Positions 51,701 through 63,400 of a stretch of 64,000 nucleotides of DNA are shown here, one piece after another; within the stretch, counting starts at the first letter, position 1, and every line of letters begins with the position of its first letter. A model generated the notes under the pieces. The model worked only from the letters and a program-made list of their open reading frames with translations, searched no databases and was not told where the DNA came from. Made by a program: the position numbers and the translations under genes. Origin of the DNA: Guillardia theta CCMP2712 (lineage: Eukaryota > Protista > Cryptophyta); contig NW_005434631.1 of assembly GCF_000315625.1 (NCBI RefSeq), positions 186,001 to 250,000 on the forward strand. The letters run 5' to 3'.

Positions 51701-53486
51701 CGCCTGCTCAGTCGTCAGCAAGGGCTTCAACTTGTTAAAGAGATACTTCTTCTGTTCAAGTTTTCGTAGGACAGGCTGAATATTGTCGATACCGAAGGAG
51801 GAGGATGCGAAAAGAGTAGCAGCAGGAGGCAGGGATATTCCCATCCTCTTGACTTCGAAGCACTTGTCGATGAAAGGTGCCTCATCGTCTTTCTTCTCTC
51901 GCCGCTGATCCATCGACTTCTGGATTAGACCTCCCAACTCGAACATTTTTTCAGCTTCGTCTCTGCTCATCATCAGAAGTTCAGGAGGAGGAATCTGAGC
52001 CTTGGTATCATCGCACTTGGATGGACAGTGACCTCTAGTGCAGTACAGAACTTCATCTGACGGTGATTCCTTGTGAGCTGTTTTCGTTGTATTCGTCGAA
52101 ACATTCAAGTCATGTCTGTATAGTTGCAAGCAATCATTGAAGGTGAAATAATGCCCATCTGGAGAGTTTGTTGAGCAATCTTGGATCATTTCATTCTGTT
52201 TCAAATGATCTGGTTCTGTCCTACGTTTGTAAAGCTTGAGGAACAATATGAGCTCGCACGCCGACATTTCTTTCAGTGCGGCACTCGTCTCCGTTTGCAT
52301 CGATCCGACTTTGTTTTGAACCCTCCCCATCCATTTTGACTGAGTGTGGATTGAAAACGGAAATTGGTTGCCATCTTCAGTGTACAAGAAATCAATGCCA
52401 GGAGTATAAGGTGATAAATGCGCTTTCTTCACGTATGCCTTGCAAAATAGACAAACTTTGCAGGAAGTTTGGACCTTCTAAAATCTCTTCATCCAGCTCG
52501 CATTCCAGCAATCTGCGCCTCTGCCGTTGAGAAATGACCAGGCTCAAATCTCTTTCTACGAGTGCCTCCACCCCTTCCCTATAATGTATTCCCACTGCAA
52601 TATGCAGCGCTGTCTTGCCTTGCCCGTCCTTCAAGTCTACTCGGACCTACAGCACAAGTATCTCCGGTCAGCTCCTCTCACCTCCTACTCCTCCTGGACT
52701 TACCTTGTCGCTCTCCAGCAGAGCCCTCACGCACGCCGTTTGCCGGTGATAGACGGCGAGATGCAGCGGCGTATCGCCTGACTCTGTTTGAACGTTGGGG
52801 CTGGCACCTAGGGCGAGCAGCCTCCTGCAGCATTGCTCCTTGCCTTTCTCGCAAGCTCGATGAAGAAGAGACCTTTCCTTGTATCGGGGCAAGAGCTCGT
52901 CGATCCTCGCGACGTTAAGGAGCCGCTGGAGCTCGTCCGCGTCGTCCCTCATGAGGACCTCATTCTCCGATATCATTGTAATAGCTGTCTGTGCGTTCTT
53001 CTGTCGTGCGTAGTCCAGCACAAGTCTCCCCTGCCCGTCCTGGATGTCCAGACATGCACCTCCCTCCATGAGTGCCTCCACCCCCTCCCAATAGTCTCCT
53101 CCCGCTGCAATGTGCAGCGCTGTCTTGCCTTGCCCGTCCTTCAAGTCTACTCGGACCTACAGCACAAGTATCTCCGGTCAGCTCCTCTCACCTCTTACTC
53201 CTCCTGGACTTACCTTGTCGCTCTCCAGCAGAGCCCTCACGCACGCCGTTTGCCGGTGATAGACGGCGAGATGCAGCGGTGTTTCTCGCGAACTTGATAT
53301 TGCCTGTACGTTGGGGCTGGCGCCCAGGGCGAGCAGCCTCCTGCAGCATTGCTCCTTGCCTTTCTCGCAAGCTCGATGAAGAAGAGACCTTTCCTTGTAT
53401 CGGGGCAAGAGCTCGTCGATCCTCGCGACGTTAAGGAGCCGCTGGAGCTCGTCCGCGTCGTCCCTCATGAGGACCTCGTCCTGCAT
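48704..53486 (-). CDS. CMTR2: Ankyrin repeats + CMTR2-like cap 2'-O-methyltransferase + FEN1/Asteroid-type PIN-like nuclease (5' part of the predicted fusion gene)
   Basis: Ankyrin: SLLHRAC, TPLHLAV, GKTALHIA. CMTR2-like: ELCSVDFAKMYEIL, SLHLCEARGAFVSATNHY, TLNPHFEGN, DDALI, WYFGADNTGD, VTADG, KPTTS..SE. Nuclease-like: VVDGSN, FIFDGV, NAD, SRDKDF, GNDY. The start is uncertain. Confidence 0.78.
52561..53478. repeat. Near-identical direct duplication of a ~400-bp ankyrin exon/intron unit (52561-52961 and 53071-53478; offset 510-516 bp)
   Basis: Long identical stretches including the intron, e.g. GCAGCGCTGTCTTGCCTTGCCCGTCCTTCAAGTCTACTCGGACCTACAGCACAAG in both copies. Confidence 0.95.
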
Positions 53487-54208
53487 GATGTGCTCAGTGA
53501 GGACAAGGCGAACCGCAAGTATTGGCGTGTGTAGTCAGGTACGCGCTCCTTGCGGGAATCCCTTGGCTGCCTTCCTCGGTGAGCTCGGAACTGAGAACAA
53601 CAGACGGGATTGAAACGGTTTTCAACGTACGGTACCCTTTAAGGTACCCCCTGATTCCCCTGCTGATACCCCCAATACACTACCCTCACCCGAGTGACCA
53701 GCTGAATGACCAGGCACTGAAGTTGATGAACAGGGCATGGGAAGGGGACGGAAAGACCCCGCGACTGTCCTCGCTCTCAGACCTGCCCACTCCTCTGCCT
53801 AAGAAGAAACTGAAAGCCTAACTAACTTCCGTGACTAAGATCATAAGAAATGAGAAGGGCATACACTTCTCAACTCCAACTTCGACAGGAAGCGTTAGTT
53901 TTCTTACTCGCCCGGATCAGATACCTTGAAGGCTCAGCTTCTCACCGTCACGCTATACCCCCCTTCAAGAAGGTTTTCTCCTCAGTCCGATCGAGGACGC
54001 CTCCGAGTCCGATCGTCAACTACCACCGTTGGGTTTGGCACAGGGCTGCGGTCCGGGCACCGGGGCCCGGCAGTGACGGTACGGTCGGTCCGGGTGGTTC
54101 CCGGCGGCGCCGGAGCCTTCAGCCTGTGAGCGGCCCGGGCCCGGGTAACTAAGCCGTGAGGAGGCGGGCTTGTAAAGTGAAGTCAGTTTGATGGACGACT
54201 GCGGCCCT

Positions 54209-57188
54209 ATGGTGAAGCTGGTAAGTGAGCATGAGCAGGAGAGCAGGGCAGCAGCGAGGGAGGGGAGAGAAGGAGGTAAAGGGCAGGAACGATAGCAGAG
54301 GACATTGAAACATGCGGTAGAGGGAGTGCGAGAGGGGGGGGGGGAGCAGGTAGGAAAGCATTTCAATGAAGACCAGCGGGAAAGGATGAAGCTGTTCCAT
54401 CTCAGTATTGCTGATTGTTGCGATGAGATCGCAGGAGGATGATCGAGGAGATGTAGAGAGAAGAGCTAGAGTGACATGCGTCTCTGTTGTCAGTCAAGAC
54501 ACTGACGTCCTTGCCTCAAGATGGTAACGTACCACCGGAGAAAGCAGCGATAGGCATCCTACCTCACCGCCAGCTCTGTCTACGACGCCATGGAGGGTAA
54601 CGTATTGCCCGAGACGTCGGAGAGCGGGAGTCTAGGAGGATACATCTACAACGACGACGAGGACGACGATGCGGATGACGAGCTTGACAACGAGCATTCC
54701 GACTTCGAGTCATGCGAAGAGCTCGAGGGCGCGAACCAGCGCGCGGCTCGAGAGATCAGCGACTTGAGCATCAGCGGCATCTCAGCCGTCCAGCATGACG
54801 AGACTTTACCGCACGAAGACGCTTCGGACGACTACGTGAGGAGCTGCGTGTTGAGCTGAGGCCGAGCTGAGCCTGAACTGTCAGGTCGAGATCGTGAAGA
54901 ACTTGAGCGATAGCGAGCAATCGTCGGATGATGACGTGTCAGAGCCGTTGAAGTTGAGAAAGTGAGATGACATGTTGCCCGTCAGCCCTCTGCCTTACAC
55001 ACCATTGCAGGTTTGACTACACTTTGGTACTGGAATGTATGTGCGCGGGAAGCAAGAGGAAGCAAATCAACGTTTGGCTGCCAGAGACTCTTGTCTTTGT
55101 TAACAACGTCCCGCTGTGTTGGTACTTCACGCGGAAGCAAGTGATCATGGCGACGTGGTTGTGCTTGCTCGGCTCATGTAATGCAGGACTGTACCATCTC
55201 GAAACGAAACTTCGGGCACAAGAAGTCAATGACAAACCAGCAGGTCAGAAAGTTTGATCTCTCCTGACCTTGACTGGCTCTTCTGAGCATGACTGTAGAT
55301 CCTCGCCAAGTTCGGAGGGTTGACCGGAGAGATCACCTCGTACTTCGTGCATGTCACTGACGTCGACGAGGAGCACATGAGCTGGAAGATCGAATACTTC
55401 GATAGGAAAAGCCTCCGAGATTTTCTCTACGATGAAAACGCAACTCGCAACGGTTTCTTGCAGAAATTCGTGTGCATCCGCAAGCATGTAAGTCTTTCTC
55501 TTCCTTGTCTTGGCGTTCATCTCCGACCTCGATGACATGCTCGTGCAGCGATTCGCAGCTTCTCTAGACACGAATCAGCTGCTGCAAACCTTTGACGTGA
55601 GATGGAAGAAGGTGAGGCAAGCTTGCTTGACAGGCGACCGAACTCGCTGATGCCTCTCCCTCCGCAGGACGATCTGAGGAGCACGAGGGTGCAGACCCGC
55701 TCCTACGTCTTCCGCATCCCTGACGACGGGACGAGCTCCTACAGGTACGGCATGGCAGAGCCGCACGACCATCGTTCCTCCCACCTGTCGATGAACTCGA
55801 CCATCACCAAGAAGGCTCAGAGCGTCTGTCGCTGCATCGCTGAGTCGATGAAGCTCCCCGTGGACGGATACTCCCGCACCCTCCAACGGATTCACTGCAA
55901 GTTCAGGATGGGAAAGGAGGGCGTCCTGTGGTTCCAGTTCTGCACCTGGATGAGGGCGGACAAGTACGGCCCCCTCCAACGGAGGCTGTCGAGCCTGCGC
56001 ATGTCCGACCTGCTCTTCTCCAGCAGCAGGAATTTGCTTCAGGGGGAGCCCGCGCCCGACTCCTCGCTTGCTCAGCAGAGCAAGGGCCCTGTGCAGGAGC
56101 ACGAGCACGTGAGGAGTGTGGAGGCGGAGCAGGTCAACAAGGTCAGCCTGCCGACCAAGAGCCAGGACATGAGGACCTGTTCTCTGTGCTCGGCTCGAAT
56201 CCTCGCGCAGACGTCATGCTCCGTCACCTACGGCGAAGTCCTTCCCTTCCTGATGCACCTCAACGTCAGTCTCCGCTCTCAGCTCTCCCCAGCTGATGCC
56301 CACCAGGGGGAGGCAGCAGCAGAGGCGGCGGTCGAGAATCTGCCGCAGGAGCTCTGGAGGGAGATGCAGCTCAAGGAGGAAGAGGAGGTCGGCCTGCAGG
56401 ACCTCAGCTGCCGGCTGCAGTTGATCGGGCTGTCACCGTCGTGGATCGAGAGGATCATAGTGGAGATGGCGTCGAGCGACGAGGAGATCAGCGGGTTCGT
56501 CGACCTCAGGCTGTTCAGGATGGCGATAGAGGCCTCGCAGGGTCAGCGGGGGAGAGGCTGGACGGATGGAGGGGAGGAGAGGAGGGAGTGGGAGCACGGA
56601 GACTCTATCTTCTCCGACCAGCCGCTGATCTACCAGTACATGTCCCCAACTTTGCACAAGAGGAAAGTTCCGTCAGTGTTCAACGAGCTTGCTCTTCACA
56701 TCCCTGAGTTGGACTTCCATCTCTTGTTCGAGGAGAGGCATGGCGGGTTGTCATGGGCAGGCGTCCTTCACAAGGACGTGGTATGTTGCCTGCATTGCAA
56801 ACGAGTATGCAAGCTCTTCGTCGAGGCGAAACTTCGAGGGCTCGAGTACTCGGAGCCTCAACTCGACAAGCTCAAGAAGCTGGTGCACCCCAACAGCCCG
56901 ACGCTCCTCGCCATCATGTGGAACTTGCGGGGCAAGAAGACAAGCACACAGATCCCCGTCGACCGGGAGTGGAGTTTGGACCGGGCCAAGGAGTCGAGGA
57001 AGGTCGAGCAGCAGCGGGGAGGTCAGCATGCAGGTAGTTTACAGGTGGGGAGCAAGAAACAGTGGCAGAGCAAGTCGAAGCAGAGCCTGCAGTGGCTGCG
57101 CGAGATCTCTAACGAAGAGCTGCTGCAGGAGCTTGCCAGGCGCGCGGCTCCTCCTTCGATCCAAGAAAAGAATACCCAGTGGAGATGA
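54209..57188 (+). CDS. Uncharacterised multi-exon protein
   Basis: ATG-GTG-AAG-CTG|gtaagt start; acidic N-terminus; exons LPETLVFVNNVPLCWYFT and IEYFDRKSLRDFL..NGFLQKFV; a 528-aa terminal ORF with Cys pairs (CSLC, CLHC). Confidence 0.6.
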
Positions 57189-57267
57189 CTAGCCTACTGG
57201 AAGTCAACCTCCACTTTGACAACTTTCATCTCCTGCGATCAGTTGCAGTCAGCTCTTGACAAGCTCG

Positions 57268-59919
57268 TCAAGTTGCCCACCTGGTCAGGATGTCCTCGCA
57301 GACCAGAGATGTACTGGAGATGTTTGACGGGCTGACGAAGTTGATAGTCAAGTCATAATGTTCTCCTCCTCCCTCCCAAGTCTCCTCCCTCCCTCCCTCC
57401 CTCCCTCCCTCCCTCCCTCCCTCCCTCCCTCCCTCCCTCCCCCGTCCTCCCCTGCTGCTCTTCTCTCCTCCTCTCCTCCCCCTCCTCACCTTGGTCCCTC
57501 TTTCTCTTGCTGTTTGTGTCACGCCAGACTTGGGCAAATAAACCTGCAGGAATTCAATGTGAGGGGAACGAAGCAAGAGCAGTAGGACACATGAACACAA
57601 GAGTGAGAGTGAGAGTGAGAGAGAGGGAGAGGTGGTGGTGGAGAGGAGGAAGAGGAAGAGGAGGAGGAAGAGGAGGAGAAGGAAGGGACCTGAGTCTCGT
57701 TTTCGCGTCTAAAGTGAGACATGTTCGTCTGAGTGGAGCAGGTCTTCTTGGTGTGCAGGTTTGCAAGCTGCAATGCCTTGCGGCGGAGGGACCACTCGTT
57801 CCAGTCGTACCTGACAAGGAGTAGGAAAATCACGAGAGAGCAATGCAGAGAGAGCAGGAGGGAGAGAGGGAGAGAGTCGAAGAGTGAAGGATGGAGAGTG
57901 AGGGAGTTAGTGAGTGAGTGAGTGAGAGGGAGATAGGGACGGAGGGAGAGGTAGAGGGGGGGAGGGAGGGAGGGAGGGAGGGAGGGAGGGAGGGAGGGGA
58001 GGGAGGGAGGGAGGGAGGGAGGGGGTACNNNNNNNNNNNNNNNNNNNNNNNNNNNNNNNNNNNNNNNNNNNNNNNNNNNNNNNNNNNNNNNNNNNNNNNN
58101 NNNNNNNNNNNNNNNNNNNNNNNNNNNNGAGGAGAGGAGAGGGCATGGGAGGGAGGGGAGGTAGAGGAGTGCAGAGTAATCGCACTTGTACAGGACGTAT
58201 CCCAGCGATGGGTTGCCGGGAAGCAGCAAGTTGTTCCTCTCGACGATCGTGACTGGGCAGAAGCCTCCGAAGTTAACGACGAGGTTTGCGATCTCGGGGT
58301 TGTCTGACCTGACATTGAACAGAGTCATAACAGACTCCTCCCTCCGTCTCCTCCCCTCCCTCCTTTCCTCTTCCTCTCACTTCCTCTTCTTCCTCCATTG
58401 CTGCCCCCATCCTTCCTGTCTCTTACCGGTACACATGAATCGCTTCCGAGGACTCGACATTTAGCGCTGCCTCGATCTTCTCTCCGCTCACTGACTTGCC
58501 CTCCGTCTGACCCTCCCCACCCTCCTCCCCTGCTGAATGCGATGGACTTCCTACCCCCACTGCCTCCTCCCCTGCCTGGCCCTTCCCCTGCGCCTTGCTC
58601 GTGATTCGCTGAGCAGCAAGTCAATCAAAGACAGCAGGTATATCCTCCTCTCCTCCTTCCTCCTCGTCCTCACCTCCACCAGCTCCTCGTTCAGCTGCTT
58701 TACGTAACGCGGCTGAGAGAACTTGAGGAGGTCCTCGAAGATCCCCAGCAGCGCGTGCGTGTGTTGGTCGATCTCCTTGCTCTCCACCCAGAGCTTTGCC
58801 AGGTTCTCGAACAGAGGATAGACCTTCTCCTTGGGCACTGCCGTCTTTCTCCCCACCAGCTCCCTCAGGTCCTCCATGTTCCCGTCGTGCTGCCGCTTCA
58901 GGTCTTTGGACCGGTCGCGCAAGCTCAAGAGCTCCTCCTCGAAGCTCTCCAGGAAGTTCAGGTACTGCCTGCAAGAGATCTGATCAACTCTTCATCTACC
59001 TCCTGCTCCCCACCCTTCCTCCTCTCCTCTCCCGTTCCATTCTCCCCTCCTACCCTTCCTCCCCTCCATGACTCCCCTTTCCTTTTCTTCCTCCCTGGAG
59101 CTGCTCTACACACCTTCTGTTGGTCAGCTCATCCTGCACTCGCTTCAAGGAGGCAACGAGCGTCTCGTCCGCACTAGCCTCCGCTCTCTGCATCATCTCA
59201 ATCGCCATGGCGTACTCCTCCACCACCGCTCTTGCTTCCTCGAGCTCCGCGTCAACCCTGTGGAACAAGTCCTCTATCCTCGTGTGGGACTCGGAGACTT
59301 TGTCGGGCAGGTCGACTCCTCCCTTCCCGATCGACTTGTTGAACAGGCGGATGCCCAGCACGTAGTTGAACAGGTCCTCCATCCTCTCCCGCTTATCTGC
59401 ATACGGTAGGCTCGAGAACGCGTGCAAGTTGGCTCGAGGCAGGACGCTCTCGAGCGCTGCCGCTACCTCCTTCTGGTAGACTTCGCTCTGCGGGTCCTGC
59501 CCTGTCTTGGTGAGCAGCGCAGCGATGATGAGCTTGTGTAGCTGGCCCATGGTCGCCACGTCCTTGGCATGCTGCAACTTTACGGCACAGATGCTCTGCT
59601 CGATGACGGTGTACTTCCTCTTGGAGTCCGCTCGCTCCTTCTCCAGCTCGTCTTGCTTCTCCACGTAGCTCGAGTCGAAGCTCACTTGCAGGCGGAGGGT
59701 CTCGAGAGAGGGGTCGTCCTCCTTGGCGAGCCTCCTCACGGAGAGGGAGACTAGCTCTTCGATGTCGTCTGCGCTCAGGTTCTTGTCCAGTTGGAACCTC
59801 TCTGGACTTTCTAAGATGATCGCCTTGGCCACGAAGGCAGCAAGCATCTCGTTCGCAAGGATCTTCTGCCGACGGCATCGATCCGTGATCTCGTATACAA
59901 TCTTCTGTATCTCGTCCAT
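57268..59919 (-). CDS. CFAP206: Cilia- and flagella-associated protein 206 (C6orf165), multi-exon, spans an assembly gap
   Basis: LAAFVAKAIILE..DPSLETLRLQVSFD; EVAAALESVLP; VLGIRLFNK..GKGG; ELTNRR; AVPKEKVYPLF; GFCPVT..LLLPGNP; YDWNEWSLRRKALQLANL..STQTNMSHFRRENETQVYLPK. Confidence 0.93.
58029..58128. other. Assembly gap (100 N)
   Basis: N run flanked by (GGGA)n. Confidence 1.
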
Positions 59920-60000
59920 CCCTGTTTTTCACCTCCACCTGGCACACCAACGTCAGTGGACGATAGATGCGATGCTGAAACCTTGATTCCAGACCACCTC

Positions 60001-60066
60001 CTGTCCTGTCCTGTCCTGTCCTGTCCTGTCCTGTCCTGTCCTGTCCTGTCCTGTCCTGTCCTGTCC
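60001..60066. repeat. (CTGTC)n pentanucleotide microsatellite just upstream of CFAP206
   Basis: Seen directly. Confidence 0.9.
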
Positions 60067-60437
60067 TCTCCCCTCCCACACCCTTCCCCGCCCCTCCTCT
60101 CTCCTCTCCTTCCCTCCCCTTCCCTCCCCTTCCCTCCCCTCCATTCGTTCCCTCGCCTCCCACTGCATTTCAACGGCTGTGCGGGATCTGAGGTGGGCTT
60201 GACCATGTACCCCACCCCTGAAGGCATTTTATCATAAAACCAGGGGTCATTGCGACTTCGACCCTTCACCCGTCAGAAGTCGTTACGGAAACAGGGGTAT
60301 AGCAAGTGTTTGGCACAAATTCCGAAAAATGAAGCCAGAGTTTCCATTATTTCAAATTTGCATGATAAATTTAAAATCTCCAGGATCCGTTTCATGTTAA
60401 CTTCACCCTATTCGCTTTGTCCGGACCAGCTGACACG

Positions 60438-63400
60438 ATGGAGGAGGACGAAGATGCGCGATGGGGTGAGGAAGAGGAGGACGAGGCGTCAGGAAGGGGC
60501 ATGCAACACACACCCAGAGAGCTCAGGGGAGGAGGAGCTCCTTCCATGCGGCAGATAGCTGGTTGGGCTCTTGGGAAAGTCATGGGGAAGGGAGGGGGAG
60601 GGTATAGCGAAGAAGAGTCGCTGACAGCATGCCGGGCGGTATCAGAGGAGATCGGTCTCCGGGCAGGTTTCTTTGAGGTTGAGAATGGGAAGAAGGACAG
60701 GAGGAGGAAGAACGGGTTCGATCCTTGCTGCGTCCACGTGTTCTTCGGAGACCTGGACATCCTTGAGGCGATCGTGACTGGTGGTGAGCTGAGCGCTGGG
60801 GCGGCATCCAGGATGGAGAAGTACGGGTGGGATGCGCTGGATCGAGGGGAGGGAGGAGTTTCTCCTCTCCTTCGTGGCGACTTCTCGAGGCTGGTCAACG
60901 TGTCTGCCTACGAGAACGCTGCCCTCCCCAAGCAGTGCTCCGCCTGGGGGTTCTCTACGTCATGGAGCATATCCTTCGAGAACAGCTGGAGGCGCCTCAT
61001 GAACAAGGCGCGAACTCTGCACTCCGAAGGTTCTCTGGTGGACTTCTGCTGGGGACCCGTCGGGGATCTCAAGCCTCATGCAGGGACGCCAGAGGAACTT
61101 CAGAGGAGGAGGGCAGACGGGGTGACGTTGAGTTCGATCCCGATAGACTTCGAGCCCGCCAGGCACGACGATCCGGGATCGAGAGATGGGTGGAGGATGA
61201 AGCTCGGTAGCTGCACGTCGGGAACCTGCTTCCGATCAGCCTCCCGGGAGAGATGTCCTCCTCAGCAGTCCTGGCGCTTCAACGCGATAGCGAACCTTTA
61301 CTATTGCCCCGTGAAGCATGCCGGGAGGGTGGTGCTGAACATAGTTCGGCATGGCGTCGTCGGGTTCTCTCGAGAGCCCTCCGGTCACATCAACAAACAT
61401 CTTGACCTCCTCGTTCGGTTCGTGTTGCAGCAGCAGTGCCTTGCGGGGCTTCCGAACCGAATTGTCTCCGTCAATCTGCTCAGCCACTATAAGGCGAGCG
61501 GCGAGCCGGACATGACGGACAGGCAGCTCCTGGCCTTCCAGGAGATCATCCGCAAGCTCAACGCAAAGCACCTCGGATCGGACGCGAAGGAGGAAGGCGG
61601 ACTGCCCAAGGACCTCCCGATCGTCCAGTACGGTCAACTCCTCCTCCCGGCCAACACCGACCAGTGGGAGATGGGAGCCGACTACAACCGGAGGAAGAAC
61701 GTGGACTGTGCCATCCTCTACTTGCAGTGGGTGTGTGATGATGCTGTGTATGCGATCCGGCGCCTGATGACCAAGTCCGGGTTTGCTGCGATCGGGCCGA
61801 CGGGACCTGGAGGAATCCACCTAGCCAGCATCGTTGCTTCCTCGAAGCCTCACTGGGCTGCCTTGCAAAGGGAGTACACGCAAGTGATCCAGAAGGCACT
61901 GGTGTGCCCCGGCTGTGCGGACAAGGCAGCGATCACGGACTGCATCACGTGCGCTTGCCAGCCGTTGGACCAGTACTTCAAGAGTTTCCTCCTCATTCCA
62001 ATCGTCAGCTCCAGCGACGACCAGGTATGGGAGACCCTCGTCGACTTCCTGCCTGAGTATCTCAAGAAGAGGATCGAGGCACACTGGCGCGGGCTGCGGG
62101 CTGAAGCAGATGCGGACGGGATCAACTCCCGCTCGATGGAGGTTGTCAAGCAGACGGTCTCGCTTGTCCGCAACATCCTGCAGATCCTCTCAACGACGGT
62201 CTGCCTGGTCTACCGCAGGCTCATCAATCTCTCCCCCAAGCGCCTCGTGTCGGAGTTGAGTCCTTCTCCCCAACAGAACCCTTGGGATGCGACCAAGTCT
62301 GACCAGTCCGAGTCCCCGGACGAGAAGAAGTTTTGCGCCCCAGCACCCCCCCAGCACGGGGAGAAGCAGGAGGAGGCGGTGGAGTCGGACATGGAAGATT
62401 CGTTTGAATCGCCTTCGATGAGCAGGTCGCTGCAGGAGGAGAGGATGAGGGAAGTGATGCAGGAGCACCTGCACGAGCTGGAGAGGGCGAGGGTCGCCAT
62501 CAACTCGCTCCGTACGCTGGTGCAGGCCGAGCTGGGTTTCTGGGAGGGAGGGTACATGTCAGACTGCCGGGCGGAGGAGGGCGACCAGTCGCAGAAGAGA
62601 AGGTTCAGCCGGGTCACGTCCATGTCCGCCGCTGCGCTGCTCAACCAGGCGCTCGGGGTGATCGTTATGACCAACTGCAAGAGCGGGCTCGATCGCACTG
62701 GCCTGCTAGTTGGGATGCAGGGCTGCATCTCCTCCCTCTGGACACTCTACCCGCGGCAGCGGTGGGGGCTGCACCTTGCTGCCATCAACTCCCACCTGTT
62801 CCAGGCCCGCAACAGCAGCGGCGACGAGATCTTCGTGCAGCCCTCGACGTGGGACGAGTTCGGGAACGAGCAGGAGAAGTCGCTCTGGGTCAAGTCGATC
62901 TTCAGGGAGCGGACCATGGTGAGGAACCACCGGCTGCAGCAGTTGAACCTTCCCCAGCAGAACAGGGAGGCCAGCGATCGGGAGAGCTACAGCATCGCTC
63001 CCAAGTATCTGCAGAACGCTCCCCTGTCGGACGACTGCCTGCTGTTCGAGGAGTCGACGAGGATGCTCAAGGCTCTCTTCCCCCTCAAGTGCCTCATGAA
63101 GAATTTCATGATCAACTATCTCAGCGAGGCCAACGCTATCATCACCTTCGCCTCCACCGGCGTCAGGTCAGCCGTAGCTCCCTTCTCCCCCCTCCTTCCT
63201 CGCCTTCCCCTCCCTTCCCCCTCCCTCTACCTTTGCTTCCCCTGTGTGTTCCTCCTCTTCCCTCCCCTTCTTTCATCTCTGTCCTCATCTCATCTCCTCC
63301 CCTCCCCTTCCCTCCCTCTGCTTTCCCTCCCCTCCTTCGACCTCCTTCCCTCTCGTCCTCGTTCCCTACGTCGCTACAGCTGAGAGGCAAGGGCAGGGGC

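Noticed and set aside
52561-53478. Direct repeats read as LTRs of a retroelement
   Set aside because: The repeats encode ankyrin exons plus an intron, and there is no RT, integrase, PBS or target-site duplication.
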